DNA from: Burkholderiales bacterium
GTDB lineage: Bacteria > Pseudomonadota > Gammaproteobacteria > Burkholderiales > Burkholderiaceae_D
Direction: 5' to 3'
Assembly (NCBI GenBank): GCA_038241705.1
Contig: JBBSSV010000001.1
Location: 1 to 24,173, forward strand
DNA length: 24,173 nt
Under the pieces are notes generated by a model. That model was given only the letters and a program-made list of their open reading frames with translations. It was not told the origin of the DNA and did no database searches. The position numbers were made by a program, and so were the translations under genes. Below are positions 11,782-22,864 of this stretch, piece by piece (within the stretch, counting starts at the first letter, position 1; each line of letters begins with the position of its first letter).

Positions 11782-12690
11782 ATGGCGGCAATTACTGCGG
11801 CGATGGTAGGCGAACTGCGTGCGAAGACGGACGCGCCGATGATGGAATGCAAGAAGGCATTGACCGAGGCCGAGGGAGACATGGCCAGGGCAGAAGAGAT
11901 TCTGCGGGTCAAGCTGGGCAGCAAGGCTTCCAAGGCTTCGTCACGCGTGACGGCAGAGGGCGTGGTCGCTGCTTTTGTTTCCGGCAATGTCGGTGCCATG
12001 GTTGAAGTCAACTGCGAAACCGATTTTGTGACCAAGAGCGACGAATTCATCGCCCTAGCCAATAGCTGCGCTAAGCTGGTGGCCGAACACAATCCAGCGG
12101 ACGTGGCCGCTTTGTCCGCTTTGTCGCTGGACGGCAGGAATGTGGAAGAAGTGCGTGCCGAACTGATCGGTCGCATTGGTGAAAACATGACGATCCGTCG
12201 TTTTGCACGTATCGACACCACCGGCAAGCTGGCTTCCTATCTGCACGGCACCCACATTGGCGTGCTGGTCGAGTACGAAGGCAATGACGAGCAGATTGGC
12301 AAGGATGTGGCCATGCACGTGGCTGCAATGAAGCCGGTTTCGCTGTCGTCTGAACAGGTACCTGCCGAAATGATCGAAAAAGAGCGTTCGGTCGCCAGCC
12401 TGAAGGCATCGGAAGACGCCGCCAAGGCCGAGGCAGAAGGCAAGAAGCCCCAGTCGGAAGAGATCGTGGGCAAGCGTGTCGATGGTGCCGTGCAGAAATA
12501 CCTGAAGGAAGTGTCGCTGCTGAACCAGCCTTTCGTCAAGAACGACAAGCAATCGGTCGAGCAGATGCTTAAGGCCGCCAACGCCAGCGTCAAGTCGTTC
12601 GTGCTGTATGTGGTGGGCGAGGGTATCGAGAAGAAGCAGGATGACTTCGCGGCAGAAGTCGCCGCTCAGGTAGCTGCTGCAAAAGGCTGA
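11782..12690 (+). CDS. tsf: Elongation factor Ts
   Basis: [42 protein letters not shown] motifs. SD AAGGAG at 11769-74. Confidence 0.98.
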   Translation: MAAITAAMVGELRAKTDAPMMECKKALTEAEGDMARAEEILRVKLGSKASKASSRVTAEGVVAAFVSGNVGAMVEVNCETDFVTKSDEFIALANSCAKLVAEHNPADVAALSALSLDGRNVEEVRAELIGRIGENMTIRRFARIDTTGKLASYLHGTHIGVLVEYEGNDEQIGKDVAMHVAAMKPVSLSSEQVPAEMIEKERSVASLKASEDAAKAEAEGKKPQSEEIVGKRVDGAVQKYLKEVSLLNQPFVKNDKQSVEQMLKAANASVKSFVLYVVGEGIEKKQDDFAAEVAAQVAAAKG

Positions 12691-12698
12691 TAGAAACA

Positions 12699-12722
12699 GC
12701 GGGCCGCAAGGCCCGTTTTTTT
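12699..12722 (+). terminator. Intrinsic terminator after tsf
   Basis: GCGGGCC-GCAA-GGCCCGT stem with a GNRA loop, followed by a T7 run. Confidence 0.9.
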
Positions 12723-12867
12723 AGCCCTGTCGCAGCGATATGTAACATGTCGCAAATGCAGGGCTGACCGAGTTGTCAGCCCTTAAAATGAATGACAGTG
12801 TGGCAGCCCTGCGACTTGCGCAATTGGTCATGCCAGAAAAAATCAAATACAAAATGGAATTCAACCC

Positions 12868-13584
12868 ATGACAGCACTGGCTTATAAACGCGTTCTTCTT
12901 AAACTTTCCGGCGAAGCCCTGATGGGCGAAGACTCCTACGGTATCAACCGCGCTACGATCGAACGTATGGTCGAGGATGTGGCAGAAGTGGCCAAACTAG
13001 GGGTAGAGTTGGCCATCGTCATTGGCGGTGGCAATATTTTTCGTGGCTTGGCGCCAGGTGCGCAAGGCATGGATCGGGCCACGGCTGACTACATGGGCAT
13101 GCTGGCGACCGTCATGAACTCTCTGGCACTGGCGGATGCCATGCGCCAAGTGGGCATTCCGGCGCGGGTCATGTCAGCCATAGCTATCGACCAGGTGGTC
13201 GAGCCTTATGTGCGTCCGAAGGCATTGCAATACCTGGAAGAAGGCAAGATCGTGGTCTTTGCTGCGGGTACCGGCAATCCCTTTTTTACAACGGATACCG
13301 CTGCCGCCTTGCGTGGTTCTGAAATCGGTGCGGAAATCGTGCTGAAGGCGACCAAGGTGGATGGCATCTATGATGCCGATCCGAACAAGGAAGCAAAGGC
13401 CACCCGGTTTGCCACTATTTCCTTTGACGAAGCCATCAACCGCCAGTTGCAAGTGATGGATGCCACCGCCTTCGCGTTGTGCCGCGACCAGAAATTGCCG
13501 ATCCGAGTATTTTCCATCCTCAAGCAGGGCGCCTTGCGCCGTATCCTGTTGGGTGAGGATGAGGGCACCCTGGTCCATCTTTAA
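12868..13584 (+). CDS. pyrH: UMP kinase
   Basis: [46 protein letters not shown] motifs. Confidence 0.98.
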   Translation: MTALAYKRVLLKLSGEALMGEDSYGINRATIERMVEDVAEVAKLGVELAIVIGGGNIFRGLAPGAQGMDRATADYMGMLATVMNSLALADAMRQVGIPARVMSAIAIDQVVEPYVRPKALQYLEEGKIVVFAAGTGNPFFTTDTAAALRGSEIGAEIVLKATKVDGIYDADPNKEAKATRFATISFDEAINRQLQVMDATAFALCRDQKLPIRVFSILKQGALRRILLGEDEGTLVHL

Positions 13585-13623
13585 TCTATCTATTAGTTCA
13601 TAGCATCCATGAAGGAGAACGGA

Positions 13624-14184
13624 ATGGCTATTCCCGAGATTAAGAAAAATGCCGAACAACGCATGCTCAAGACCATCGAAACCCTGCAGGGGGACTTGAT
13701 GAAGGTACGTACCGGTCGTGCGCATACTGGCCTACTGGAGCATATCCAGGTGGATTATTACGGCAGTCCGACGCCCCTGTCGCAAATTGCCAACCTGAGC
13801 CTGATTGATGCACGCACCATTGGCGTACAGCCTTGGGAAAAAAAAATGGTGGCCGTGGTCGAGAAAGCCATCCGTGAAGCGGACTTAGGCCTGAATCCCG
13901 CCACGCAGGGCGAGTTGATTCGGGTGCCGACCCCCGCACTGACCGAAGAGCGCCGTAAGGAAATCGTCAAACTCGTCAAGAATGAAGGTGAGGATGCCAA
14001 GATTGCCGTGCGCAACATCCGTCGGGATGCTAACGAAGCCGTGAAGAAATTGCTCAAGGATAAAGAATGCTCCGAAGACGATGATCGCCGCGCTCAAGAC
14101 GAAGTGCAAAAACTGACGGATAAGTTTGTCAGTGACATCGACCGGATCTTGGTCGACAAGGAAAAAGAAATCATGACGGTATAA
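13624..14184 (+). CDS. frr: Ribosome recycling factor
   Basis: [35 protein letters not shown] motifs. SD AAGGAG precedes the ATG at 13624, favouring it over 13609. Confidence 0.98.
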   Translation: MAIPEIKKNAEQRMLKTIETLQGDLMKVRTGRAHTGLLEHIQVDYYGSPTPLSQIANLSLIDARTIGVQPWEKKMVAVVEKAIREADLGLNPATQGELIRVPTPALTEERRKEIVKLVKNEGEDAKIAVRNIRRDANEAVKKLLKDKECSEDDDRRAQDEVQKLTDKFVSDIDRILVDKEKEIMTV

Positions 14185-14221
14185 GGCAGTATCGTTTTAC
14201 CTGTCTTTCATTTTCCTTTTT
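14183..14221 (+). terminator. Possible weak intrinsic terminator after frr
   Basis: AAGGCAGTA-TCGTTT-TAC(C)TGTCTT bulged stem with one GU pair, followed by TCATTTTCCTTTTT. Confidence 0.35.
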
Positions 14222-14231
14222 GGTTTCTCCT

Positions 14232-14996
14232 ATGTTTTTCAGTTCCTCCCAGACCATACCCAAGACTGCCAGGGTGCCGCGCCACGTTGCCATCATCATG
14301 GATGGCAACGGTCGCTGGGCGACCAAGCGTTTCTTGCCGCGCGTGGCCGGACACGTCAAGGGTGTGGAAAGGGTGCGTTCGACGGTGGAGGGATGCGTCA
14401 CGCATGGCGTTGAATACCTAACGTTGTTCGCTTTTAGCTCAGAGAACTGGCGCCGTCCTGCGGACGAAGTCTCCGTGCTGATGCGTCTGTTCATGACTGC
14501 GCTCGAACGCGAAGTCAGCAAGATGCACGCGAACAATATTCGGCTCAAGGTTGTCGGCGACCTAAGCCGTTTTGACCAGTCGCTCCAAAATAGGATTGCA
14601 GAAGCCGAAGCGAAGACAGATGCGAATACTCGGCTGACGGTGACGATATGCGCCAATTATGGCGGACGCTGGGATGTGGTGCAGGCTGCCGCCAAAGCCA
14701 TGGCAGATCGCGACCCGAACGATCTTGCCTGGCAATTGGACGAGCAGAAGCTTGAAGCCAAACTGGCTTTATCTTATGCGCCCGAACCGGATCTCTTCAT
14801 TCGCACCGGTGGCGAGCAGCGCATTTCGAATTTTTTATTATGGCAGTTGGCGTATACCGAACTGTATTTCACTGATACGTTTTGGCCAGACTTTGATGGC
14901 GCAGCGCTGGATCAGGCGATTGCGTCCTACCAAAGCCGGGAGCGACGTTTTGGCCGCACCAGCGCCCAACTGCGCGAACCTGAAAAGGCGTCTTGA
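14232..14996 (+). CDS. uppS: Undecaprenyl diphosphate synthase (polyprenyl diphosphate synthase)
   Basis: [47 protein letters not shown] motifs. ATG at 14232 preferred over the TTG at 14220. Confidence 0.97.
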   Translation: MFFSSSQTIPKTARVPRHVAIIMDGNGRWATKRFLPRVAGHVKGVERVRSTVEGCVTHGVEYLTLFAFSSENWRRPADEVSVLMRLFMTALEREVSKMHANNIRLKVVGDLSRFDQSLQNRIAEAEAKTDANTRLTVTICANYGGRWDVVQAAAKAMADRDPNDLAWQLDEQKLEAKLALSYAPEPDLFIRTGGEQRISNFLLWQLAYTELYFTDTFWPDFDGAALDQAIASYQSRERRFGRTSAQLREPEKAS

Positions 14997-15814
14997 TGCT
15001 GAAAACCCGAGTGATTACGGCAAGTGTGTTGCTGGCCGTTCTGCTTGTGATTCTGTTTTCCGGATCATTTTTTCTGTTTTCCTTGGCTGCAATTGCATTC
15101 ATGGCTGCGGCAAGCTGGGAAAATTTTCGCCTGATGGGCCTGGATCGACCTTGGCCCTGGACAGTGGTTTGGGCATCGCTATTTGGCGTGCTGGCGTTTG
15201 GCGGCAAACTGGACGAACTGCAACTGCTGTTCGGTCTATGCGTGCTGATCTGGGTGTTTCGCCTGGCCCCGTCGCTTGCAGTGGGGTTGCCACCGCGAGC
15301 GCACGCTGGCCTCCAATTGCTGACAGTGTCCTATAGCATTGCCATCCTTGGGTGCTTTATGGCGATGCTGGTTCTGTTCGATCAATCGCCCCTATATCTG
15401 ATTTCTGTTCTGGCCATCATATGGGTGGCCGACATTGGCGCTTACTTCAGCGGCAAGGCATATGGCAAGCGCAAGCTGGCACCGTCAATTTCTCCGGGCA
15501 AATCCTGGGAAGGCGCCATCGGCGGCTGGCTGGCGGTTCTTGTGCTGTCCATCATGGCTGTCATCATCGCACCCAACGCCGACCTGTTCCCGGTTGCGTT
15601 GCAGGCAAGCTGGGGATGGCCCGGCTATCTGGTGGTCATGACGCTGCTGGTTGCCTCGAGCGTGGTCGGCGACCTGTTCGAGTCGCTCCTGAAGCGCCGG
15701 GCCGGCATGAAAGATAGTAGTGCTTTGCTGCCCGGTCACGGCGGCGTGCTCGATAGAATAGACGCCCTGATTCCGGTGCTGCCCCTAGTGGTGCTGGTCC
15801 ATTCCTGGCTATGA
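14996..15814 (+). CDS. cdsA: Phosphatidate cytidylyltransferase
   Basis: Multi-pass hydrophobic protein with SPGKSWEG and [29 protein letters not shown] signature. TGATG coupling to the uppS stop. Confidence 0.97.
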   Translation: MLKTRVITASVLLAVLLVILFSGSFFLFSLAAIAFMAAASWENFRLMGLDRPWPWTVVWASLFGVLAFGGKLDELQLLFGLCVLIWVFRLAPSLAVGLPPRAHAGLQLLTVSYSIAILGCFMAMLVLFDQSPLYLISVLAIIWVADIGAYFSGKAYGKRKLAPSISPGKSWEGAIGGWLAVLVLSIMAVIIAPNADLFPVALQASWGWPGYLVVMTLLVASSVVGDLFESLLKRRAGMKDSSALLPGHGGVLDRIDALIPVLPLVVLVHSWL

Positions 15815-15824
15815 GTTTTCTTTC

Positions 15825-16997
15825 ATGCAGCAGATAACTGTCCTCGGTTCGACCGGCTCCATCGGTGTGTCCACGCTTGATGTCATCGGACGTCATCCTG
15901 ATCGTTATGCTGTGTATGCGCTGACCGCGCACAACCAGGTCGAATTGCTCGCACGTCAATGCCTGCGCTTCAGGCCGCAAGTAGCCGTGGTCGGTTCGGC
16001 CGAGTCGGCGCGGCAATTGGCGCAGCTGCTGTCTGCAGCTTCATTGAAGATAGAAGTGGCCTACGGCCCAGCCGCCTTGTGTGCGGTCGCAAGTGCACCT
16101 GTCTGCGACACCGTCATGGCAGCGATCGTTGGTGCGGCGGGCCTGCATCCCACTTTGTCAGCGGCCCGCAGCGGTAAGAAGGTGCTTTTGGCTAACAAGG
16201 AAGCACTGGTCATGTCGGGTCGGCTGTTCATGGATACGGTCAAACTCCACGGGGCCACCTTGCTGCCCATCGATAGCGAACACAATGCCATTTTTCAATG
16301 TCTGCCCGACATGCAACAGGGTCCGGCCTTCGCTCATGGCGTGTACAAGATCTTGCTGACTGCTTCTGGTGGCCCTTTCCTGAACCGTGACGTATCCACA
16401 CTAGATAACGTGACGCCCGAGCAGGCCGTGGCGCATCCCAACTGGCGCATGGGCCGCAAGATTTCGGTCGATTCGGCCACCATGATGAACAAGGGGCTGG
16501 AAGTGATTGAAGCTCACTGGCTGTTTGGTGCCAGCGCCCAGCAGATCGAAGTGGTGATCCATCCGCAAAGCGTGATCCATTCAATGGTTTCGTATGTGGA
16601 TGGTTCGGTGCTGGCACAACTGGGCAACCCCGACATGCGTACGCCGATTGCCCATGGCTTGTCTTACCCGGAACGCATCGTCTCCGGGGTGGCACCGCTG
16701 GATCTAACCATGCTTGCGGGCTTGAGTTTTATTCAGCCTGATTACCAACGATTTCCTTGCCTGAAATTGGCTTATGATGCGTTGCAGGCAGGCGGTACCG
16801 CGCCTACCATCCTGAATGCTGTCAACGAAATCGCGGTCGAAGCTTTTCTCGCTGGTCAGATCGGCTTTCGCATGATCGACCAGATGATTGCCCGTGTTCT
16901 GGACCGAATGCCGGTGGTGGATGTGACCGATCTTGAAACCCTCTGCGAGCAGGACAACCGCGCTCGTGACATAGCGCAGTCCCTGATACTTTCATGA
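15825..16997 (+). CDS. dxr: 1-deoxy-D-xylulose 5-phosphate reductoisomerase
   Basis: [46 protein letters not shown] motifs. Confidence 0.98.
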   Translation: MQQITVLGSTGSIGVSTLDVIGRHPDRYAVYALTAHNQVELLARQCLRFRPQVAVVGSAESARQLAQLLSAASLKIEVAYGPAALCAVASAPVCDTVMAAIVGAAGLHPTLSAARSGKKVLLANKEALVMSGRLFMDTVKLHGATLLPIDSEHNAIFQCLPDMQQGPAFAHGVYKILLTASGGPFLNRDVSTLDNVTPEQAVAHPNWRMGRKISVDSATMMNKGLEVIEAHWLFGASAQQIEVVIHPQSVIHSMVSYVDGSVLAQLGNPDMRTPIAHGLSYPERIVSGVAPLDLTMLAGLSFIQPDYQRFPCLKLAYDALQAGGTAPTILNAVNEIAVEAFLAGQIGFRMIDQMIARVLDRMPVVDVTDLETLCEQDNRARDIAQSLILS

Positions 16998-18364
16998 TGC
17001 TCTTGCAAACCCTTCTGGCCTTCTTTATCGTCCTCGGCGTTCTGGTCGTGGTGCACGAATTGGGTCATTACTTGGTGGCGCGCTGGTGTGGCGTCAAAGT
17101 GCTGCGTTTTTCCGTGGGTATGGGCAAGATCGTCTGGTCGCGTCGGTTCGGCCGTGACCAGACCGAATGGGCGCTGTCCGCGATACCGCTGGGTGGCTAT
17201 GTCAAAATGCTGGACGCCCGCGAAGGCGACCTGGCGGAGTTGTCGCCTCAGGACCTGGAGCGGGAATTCACGCGGCAGTCGGTCTGGCGGCGCATCGCGA
17301 TCGTTGCAGCTGGCCCCCTTGCCAATTTTCTGCTGGCCATCTTGATCTTTGCAGGCTTATATACTTACGGCATTCCCGAGCCTGCGTCGCGTTTGCGCGC
17401 AGTATCAGAACAGTCTGCAGCGCACCAAGCCGGCTTGCGCGGTGGCGAGTTGGTTACAGCGATCAACCAGAAAGAGATTCAAACCTGGTCGGACCTGCGC
17501 TGGGAATTGTTGCAAAATGCGTTGGATAAAGAGTCGGTCCAGTTGACGCTGGCGCAGGATGCGCCGGCGCGTTCAGGCCAACTGCCGCCGCGCACTGTCA
17601 CGCTGTCGATGGCAGAGTTGACGGCAAAAGACCTTGAAAGCGATTTCTTGCAAAAACTGGGACTGGATCTGGCGCGGCCCAAGGCCGTGATGGGCCGCAT
17701 CCTGGCCGATGGCCCCGCTGAAAAAGCTGGACTGCGCACGGGCGACGTCATCTTGCAGGTGAATGGCGAGCCGATCGAAGATGGACTGGCGTTTGTCGAA
17801 AAGGTGAGGGCATCGGCGGGCCAGCAACTACAGGTTCAAGGCAAAGGAGAGCAGGGCGAACCCTTCACGCTGCAGATCACGCCCGAAGCTCAGGAGCGCG
17901 ACGGTCAGCAGTTTGGTCGTATCCAGGCGGAAGTGCCGATGGTGCCAGAAATGGTGACAGCCAGCCTCTCCTTACCTGCCGCCATCGTCAAGGGCACAGG
18001 CAAAACCTGGGATACCAGCGTGCTGACGTTGAAGATGCTGGGCAAGATGCTGATCGGCGAAGTCTCGGTCAAGAACATCACGGGGCCGATCACCATTGCC
18101 GATTATGCTGGCCAGACTGCACGCATCGGACTTGTCAGTTTCTTAAGTTTTATTGCTTTCATTAGCATTAGCCTGGGAGTGATGAACCTGCTCCCCATCC
18201 CAGTGTTGGACGGTGGACATTTAATGTATTATTCGCTGGAGATTTTGACCGGACGCCCGGTATCCGAGCGATTTGGCGAAATTGCCCAGCGCGCTGGCAT
18301 GGGCGTTTTGCTGACCTTGATGGTGGTCGCCGTGTTCAACGACATCGTCCGGCTGATGACCTGA
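16994..18364 (+). CDS. rseP: RIP metalloprotease RseP (two PDZ domains)
   Basis: HELGH zinc motif, [24 protein letters not shown]. Start at ATG 16994 or 16997, overlapping the dxr stop. Confidence 0.97.
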   Translation: MMLLQTLLAFFIVLGVLVVVHELGHYLVARWCGVKVLRFSVGMGKIVWSRRFGRDQTEWALSAIPLGGYVKMLDAREGDLAELSPQDLEREFTRQSVWRRIAIVAAGPLANFLLAILIFAGLYTYGIPEPASRLRAVSEQSAAHQAGLRGGELVTAINQKEIQTWSDLRWELLQNALDKESVQLTLAQDAPARSGQLPPRTVTLSMAELTAKDLESDFLQKLGLDLARPKAVMGRILADGPAEKAGLRTGDVILQVNGEPIEDGLAFVEKVRASAGQQLQVQGKGEQGEPFTLQITPEAQERDGQQFGRIQAEVPMVPEMVTASLSLPAAIVKGTGKTWDTSVLTLKMLGKMLIGEVSVKNITGPITIADYAGQTARIGLVSFLSFIAFISISLGVMNLLPIPVLDGGHLMYYSLEILTGRPVSERFGEIAQRAGMGVLLTLMVVAVFNDIVRLMT

Positions 18365-18416
18365 TCCTCATGTCAGAAAGACATTCATCTTCCGACACCT
18401 TACAAAAGTATCGTTC

Positions 18417-20750
18417 ATGAAATCATATTCCCAGCGCCTGGCGCTGTCAGTTTTTCCTCGTCGCCTGATCGTTGCAGCTACCTTTGCCCTGTGTACTGGA
18501 TCGGCTCTGGCGGTTGAGCCCTTCACCATTCAGGATATTCGGGTGGAAGGCATACAGCGTACCGAAGCGGGTACGGTCTTCAGCTACCTACCGGTAAGGG
18601 TAGGCGAGACCTTCTCGGATGAAAAGGCGACAGAGTCTATTAAGGCGCTGTATACCACCGGCTTTTTCAAGGATGTCCGGATTGAAACTGAAGGCAATGT
18701 CATGGTGGTCATGGTGGAAGAGCGCCCCGCCATCGCCAGCGTCGCCTTTAGCGGCACCAAGGAATTCGACAAGGAACAGCTGACCCAGGCCCTGAAAGGC
18801 ATCGGCTTGGGAGAGTCACGCATTTATGACAAGGCATTGGCTGACCGCGCCGAGCGGGAACTCAAGCGGCAATACCTCTCGCGCGGCCTTTACGGAGTCG
18901 AAATCACTACCACCGTTACGCCGGTCGAAAGAAATCGGGTGGCCATCGACTTTGCCGTTGACGAAGGCCAGATCGCTCGCATCAAGCAAATCAACATCAT
19001 TGGCAACGAAGCCTTCTCCGATAAGCAGTTGATCAAGCTGCTGCAGCTAAGCACGCCCGGCTGGTTCAGCTGGTACACCAAGGCTGACCAATATTCCAAG
19101 CAGAAGTTGAGCGGCGATATTGAAACCCTGCGTTCCCACTATTTGGATCGTGGCTATCTGGAAATGCAGGTGGAATCGACCCAAGTGTCCATCACGCCTG
19201 ACCGTAAGGATATTTACGTCACCATCAACATTACCGAAGGCGAGAAGTTCAAGGTTTCCGAGATTCAGCTCGCAGGCGAAATGTTCGGCCGCGAAGAAGA
19301 GCTGCGATCGTTGGTGGAATTGAAGAAGGGTGATGTTTTTTCCGACCGCAAGCTGAATGAAAGCTTGAAGAAAATTTCCGATCGGCTGGGCAACTTTGGT
19401 TATGCCTTTGCTAATGTCAACGCCAATCCCGACATCAGTCGTGACGACAAGGAAGTCGCCTTCACCATTCTGATCGATCCTGGCAAGCGCGTGTACGTCC
19501 GACGCATCAATGTCATGGGCAACACCAAGACCCGGGACGAAGTAGTCCGACGCGAATTACGCCAGTTCGAGCGCTCTTGGTACGACGGCGAAAAGATCAA
19601 GCTCTCGCGCGACCGAGTCGACCGTCTTGGTTATTTTTCGGAAGTCGACATCGAAACGCCTGAAGTGCCGGGTACCACCGATCAGGTGGACGTGAACCTG
19701 ACGGTCAAGGAAAAGCCAACGGGCAATATTTCCATCGGCGCCGGTTACTCCAGCAGCGAGAAACTGACTCTGTCGGGCTCCATCAATCAGGAAAACGCCT
19801 TTGGTAGCGGCAAGACGCTGGGCATTGATGTCAATACCAGCAAGCGCAATCGTACTCTGGCGTTTTCCCAAACTGATCCGTATTTCACGGACGACGGCAT
19901 CAGCCGCAGCTATGAACTTTTCCTGCGTACTTCGCGTCCGCCAATCGTCAACAGTGGTGACTACCGGATTGAAACTGCCGGCGGCAAAATTAGCTTCGGC
20001 GTGCCGTTTACCGAGCAGGACCGCGTGTTCTTCGGGGTCGGAGTCGAGCGTACCGAGGTACAGACCTTTGACAGCAGCCCGGACATCTTCAAGACCTATG
20101 TCGAAGATTTTGGCGCTGGTAGCGGTATCGGCAAGGCTGCCGCAACCTCTTTCCCGCTGACCATCGCCTGGCAGCGCGACAGCCGCGATAGTGCCCTGGT
20201 GCCGACCATAGGCCGCTATCAGCGCGCCAACGCTGAGTTGTCTGCCTTTGGCGACCAGCGGTATTACCGGGCCTCTTACCAGCACCAGTATTTCAAGCCC
20301 CTATTCAGCAGCACCACGCTGGCGCTGAATGGCGAAGTCAATTATGGGCGCGGCATCGGCGACAAGCCTTATCCCGTTTTCAAGAACTTTTATGCTGGCG
20401 GCATCGGCTCGGTGCGTGGCTATGAAGGTTCTTCGTTATCGGTCAACCCGGTTGTCGGCGAAGACGTCACTGGCGGACAGACCCGTGTGATCGCCAATGC
20501 CGAACTGCAGTTTCCTTTTCCCGGCAGTGGCTCAGATCGTAGCTTACGCTGGTTCACCTTCGTCGATGCAGGACAGGTGTACCGCGAGGACGAGTCCTTC
20601 GATCTGAGTGAACTGCGGTATGCTGCCGGCTTAGGCATCAGCTGGATTTCGCCTATCGGCCCGCTAAAGCTAAGCTTTGGCAAGGCGCTGAACGCCAAGG
20701 ATAACGACCAGACCCAGTCCTTCCAATTCCAGCTTGGAACAGGTTTCTGA
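18417..20750 (+). CDS. bamA: Outer membrane protein assembly factor BamA
   Basis: Signal peptide ending ALA, POTRA repeats (GNTKTRDEVVRRE), GSVRGY loop-6 motif and C-terminal FQFQLGTGF beta-signal. Confidence 0.98.
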   Translation: MKSYSQRLALSVFPRRLIVAATFALCTGSALAVEPFTIQDIRVEGIQRTEAGTVFSYLPVRVGETFSDEKATESIKALYTTGFFKDVRIETEGNVMVVMVEERPAIASVAFSGTKEFDKEQLTQALKGIGLGESRIYDKALADRAERELKRQYLSRGLYGVEITTTVTPVERNRVAIDFAVDEGQIARIKQINIIGNEAFSDKQLIKLLQLSTPGWFSWYTKADQYSKQKLSGDIETLRSHYLDRGYLEMQVESTQVSITPDRKDIYVTINITEGEKFKVSEIQLAGEMFGREEELRSLVELKKGDVFSDRKLNESLKKISDRLGNFGYAFANVNANPDISRDDKEVAFTILIDPGKRVYVRRINVMGNTKTRDEVVRRELRQFERSWYDGEKIKLSRDRVDRLGYFSEVDIETPEVPGTTDQVDVNLTVKEKPTGNISIGAGYSSSEKLTLSGSINQENAFGSGKTLGIDVNTSKRNRTLAFSQTDPYFTDDGISRSYELFLRTSRPPIVNSGDYRIETAGGKISFGVPFTEQDRVFFGVGVERTEVQTFDSSPDIFKTYVEDFGAGSGIGKAAATSFPLTIAWQRDSRDSALVPTIGRYQRANAELSAFGDQRYYRASYQHQYFKPLFSSTTLALNGEVNYGRGIGDKPYPVFKNFYAGGIGSVRGYEGSSLSVNPVVGEDVTGGQTRVIANAELQFPFPGSGSDRSLRWFTFVDAGQVYREDESFDLSELRYAAGLGISWISPIGPLKLSFGKALNAKDNDQTQSFQFQLGTGF

Positions 20751-20758
20751 TGATGCAG

Positions 20759-20767
20759 TGGCATAAT
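20759..20767 (+). promoter_or_regulatory. Possible extended -10 internal promoter upstream of skp
   Basis: TG-G-CATAAT (TGn plus hexamer) just after the bamA stop. No -35 match. Confidence 0.3.
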
Positions 20768-20792
20768 GCCTTTTTGTTTGCGGAGAATGACT

Positions 20793-21290
20793 TTGAAATC
20801 GGTAATTAAAACTCTTATCGTTGCCATCCCATTAGTTTGTATGGGTAACGTGCAAGCTCAAGAATCGAAGATCGGCTTTGTCAGCACCGAGCGCATTTTC
20901 AGAGAGGCCGCGCCGGCCAAGGCGGCTACCACTAAGATCAGCCAAGAATTCACCAAGCGCGATAAGGAATTACAGGATATGGCTGCCCGCTTGAAGGGTA
21001 TGTCGGAGCGTCTGGACAAAGAAGCTGCCGTGCTGTCCGAGTCTGACCGGATGAAACGTCAGCGCGAACTGGCCGAGTTGGACAAGGATTTTCAGCGCAA
21101 GCAAAGAGAATTCCGTGAAGACCTGAACCAACGCCGTAACGAAGAGTTGGCGACCGTATTGGATCGCACCAACAAAGTCATTCGTCAGATCGCTGAAAAC
21201 GAGAAATACGACATCATTTTTCAAGAAGCGGTCTATTTCAGCCCCCGCATCGACATTACCGACAAGGTCCTCACCGTCCTGAATAAGTAA
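20793..21290 (+). CDS. skp: Periplasmic chaperone Skp/OmpH
   Basis: Signal peptide ending VQA|QESKIGFV, coiled-coil body, IDITDKVL end, position between bamA and lpxD. GGAG (20782-85) is 7 nt before the TTG at 20793 but only 1 nt before the ATG at 20787, so TTG is the likely start. Confidence 0.93.
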   Translation: MKSVIKTLIVAIPLVCMGNVQAQESKIGFVSTERIFREAAPAKAATTKISQEFTKRDKELQDMAARLKGMSERLDKEAAVLSESDRMKRQRELAELDKDFQRKQREFREDLNQRRNEELATVLDRTNKVIRQIAENEKYDIIFQEAVYFSPRIDITDKVLTVLNK

Positions 21291-21293
21291 GTC

Positions 21294-22364
21294 ATGCACG
21301 AAGCTGATCTGCCCTGTATTCCCCTACGAGAACTGGTTGCCCAGCTTGGCGGGGAAGTGGCAGGTAATGCCGAGGTCATGCTCAGCGGCATTGCTCCGCT
21401 GGAAACTGCGGGTGCTACCGAACTCAGCTTCCTGTCCAATCCGCGCCTACGGACGCAGGCCGCACAAACTCATGCAGCGGTGCTGATTACGCGCAGGACT
21501 GAGCAAGAGTGGCTGAGCGAATGCTTTGGCGGCACCCTGCTTTTCGTGGACAACCCTTACGTCTATTTCGCCCGCGCTGCCCAATTATTTGAACAGAAGA
21601 CGGCTGCTCCGGTTGTGTCCGGCGTACACAGCACGGCCGTGATTGATCCTGCTGCCACGATTGCGGCATCAGCTCGCATTGGTCCGTACGTGACGATTGA
21701 AGCAGATGCAGTGGTGGCGGAAGACTGTGTGATTGATGCCGGTTGTCATATCGGTCAGGGCGCAAGCGTGGGGCAAAGTACGCATTTTTTTTCCCATGTC
21801 AGTTTTCAGGCGTACTGCGAAATCGGCGCGCGCGGCATCGTTCATTCCGGTGCGGTGATCGGGGCTGACGGTTTTGGCTTCGCCAATGATCAGGGCCGCT
21901 GGGTCAAGATCCCGCAAACCGGCCGCGTCGTGATCGGCGATGATGTCGAAATCGGCGCCAATACCACCATCGATCGGGGTGCCATGGCCGACACCGTCAT
22001 CGAAGATGGCGTCAAGCTCGACAACCAGATCCAGATTGCCCACAACTGTCATATTGGCGCGCATACGGCCATGGCCGGTTGTGTCGGTGTCGCAGGCAGC
22101 GCCCATATTGGCCGGCACTGCACGTTTGGCGGTGCTGCCATGATTCTGGGCCACTTGACGATTGCTGACCATGTACACATCTCGTCCGGCAGTTTGGTGT
22201 CGCGCTCCATTTCCGAACCCGGCCAATACACTGGCATTTATCCGCTCGCTAAGAACGCGGATTGGGAAAAGTCCGCAGTGCTGGTGCGCAACCTGGGCAC
22301 CATGCGTGAAAAAATTCGTGCGCTTGAAAAAGCCGTCAAACTGCTTACCACTAAAGAATCATGA
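21294..22364 (+). CDS. lpxD: UDP-3-O-(3-hydroxyacyl)glucosamine N-acyltransferase
   Basis: Hexapeptide repeats, [41 protein letters not shown]. Confidence 0.97.
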   Translation: MHEADLPCIPLRELVAQLGGEVAGNAEVMLSGIAPLETAGATELSFLSNPRLRTQAAQTHAAVLITRRTEQEWLSECFGGTLLFVDNPYVYFARAAQLFEQKTAAPVVSGVHSTAVIDPAATIAASARIGPYVTIEADAVVAEDCVIDAGCHIGQGASVGQSTHFFSHVSFQAYCEIGARGIVHSGAVIGADGFGFANDQGRWVKIPQTGRVVIGDDVEIGANTTIDRGAMADTVIEDGVKLDNQIQIAHNCHIGAHTAMAGCVGVAGSAHIGRHCTFGGAAMILGHLTIADHVHISSGSLVSRSISEPGQYTGIYPLAKNADWEKSAVLVRNLGTMREKIRALEKAVKLLTTKES

Positions 22365-22861
22365 ACAGTCCCGACACTCAGACCTTGCAGCCCAAGACCC
22401 TTGACATCAACCAGATCAAGTACTACCTGCCGCATCGCTATCCGCTGTTACTGGTGGATCGCGTTTTGGACTGGGAAGCCGGGAAAACCATCACTGCCAT
22501 CAAGAACGTTACGGTCAATGAAGAGTTTTTCAATGGCCATTTCCCGAACAAGCCGGTCATGCCGGGCGTTTTCATGATCGAAGCCTTGGCCCAGACCGCG
22601 GCTTTGCTGTCTTTTCTGACGGCCGGACAGAAGCTGGATGAAAATTCGGTGGTGTATTTCATGGGGATAGACGGCGCGCGCTTCAAGCGTCCCGTGGTGC
22701 CGGGCGACCAGTTGGTCATGCAGGTGGAAATCATCCGCGCCGCACGAGGTGTCTGGAAATACAAGGCACGGGGTTCGGTGGATGGCAAGCTTGCGGTGGA
22801 GGCAGAACTGATGTGCACCATGCGTAGTGTTAGCGACGCCACTCAGCCTGCAGGACGTTGA
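22361..22861 (+). CDS. fabZ: 3-hydroxyacyl-ACP dehydratase
   Basis: [44 protein letters not shown] overlap with lpxD. Confidence 0.98.
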   Translation: MNSPDTQTLQPKTLDINQIKYYLPHRYPLLLVDRVLDWEAGKTITAIKNVTVNEEFFNGHFPNKPVMPGVFMIEALAQTAALLSFLTAGQKLDENSVVYFMGIDGARFKRPVVPGDQLVMQVEIIRAARGVWKYKARGSVDGKLAVEAELMCTMRSVSDATQPAGR

Positions 22862-22864
22862 TTA

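Noticed and set aside
14659-15336. 225-aa alternative-frame ORF across uppS-cdsA
   Set aside because: Fully overlaps two conserved genes; Arg/Pro/Ala/Trp-rich composition typical of off-frame GC-rich sequence.
14232-18364. Gene order uppS-cdsA-dxr-rseP differs from E. coli (dxr-uppS-cdsA-rseP)
   Set aside because: This is the usual order in betaproteobacteria and pseudomonads, so it is not novel.
19914-19940. GAACTT-N16-GTCCG sigmaE-like motif inside bamA
   Set aside because: Poor -10 match and about 850 bp from the next gene start; likely chance.
19557-20285. 242-aa antisense ORF within bamA
   Set aside because: In-register shadow of bamA.
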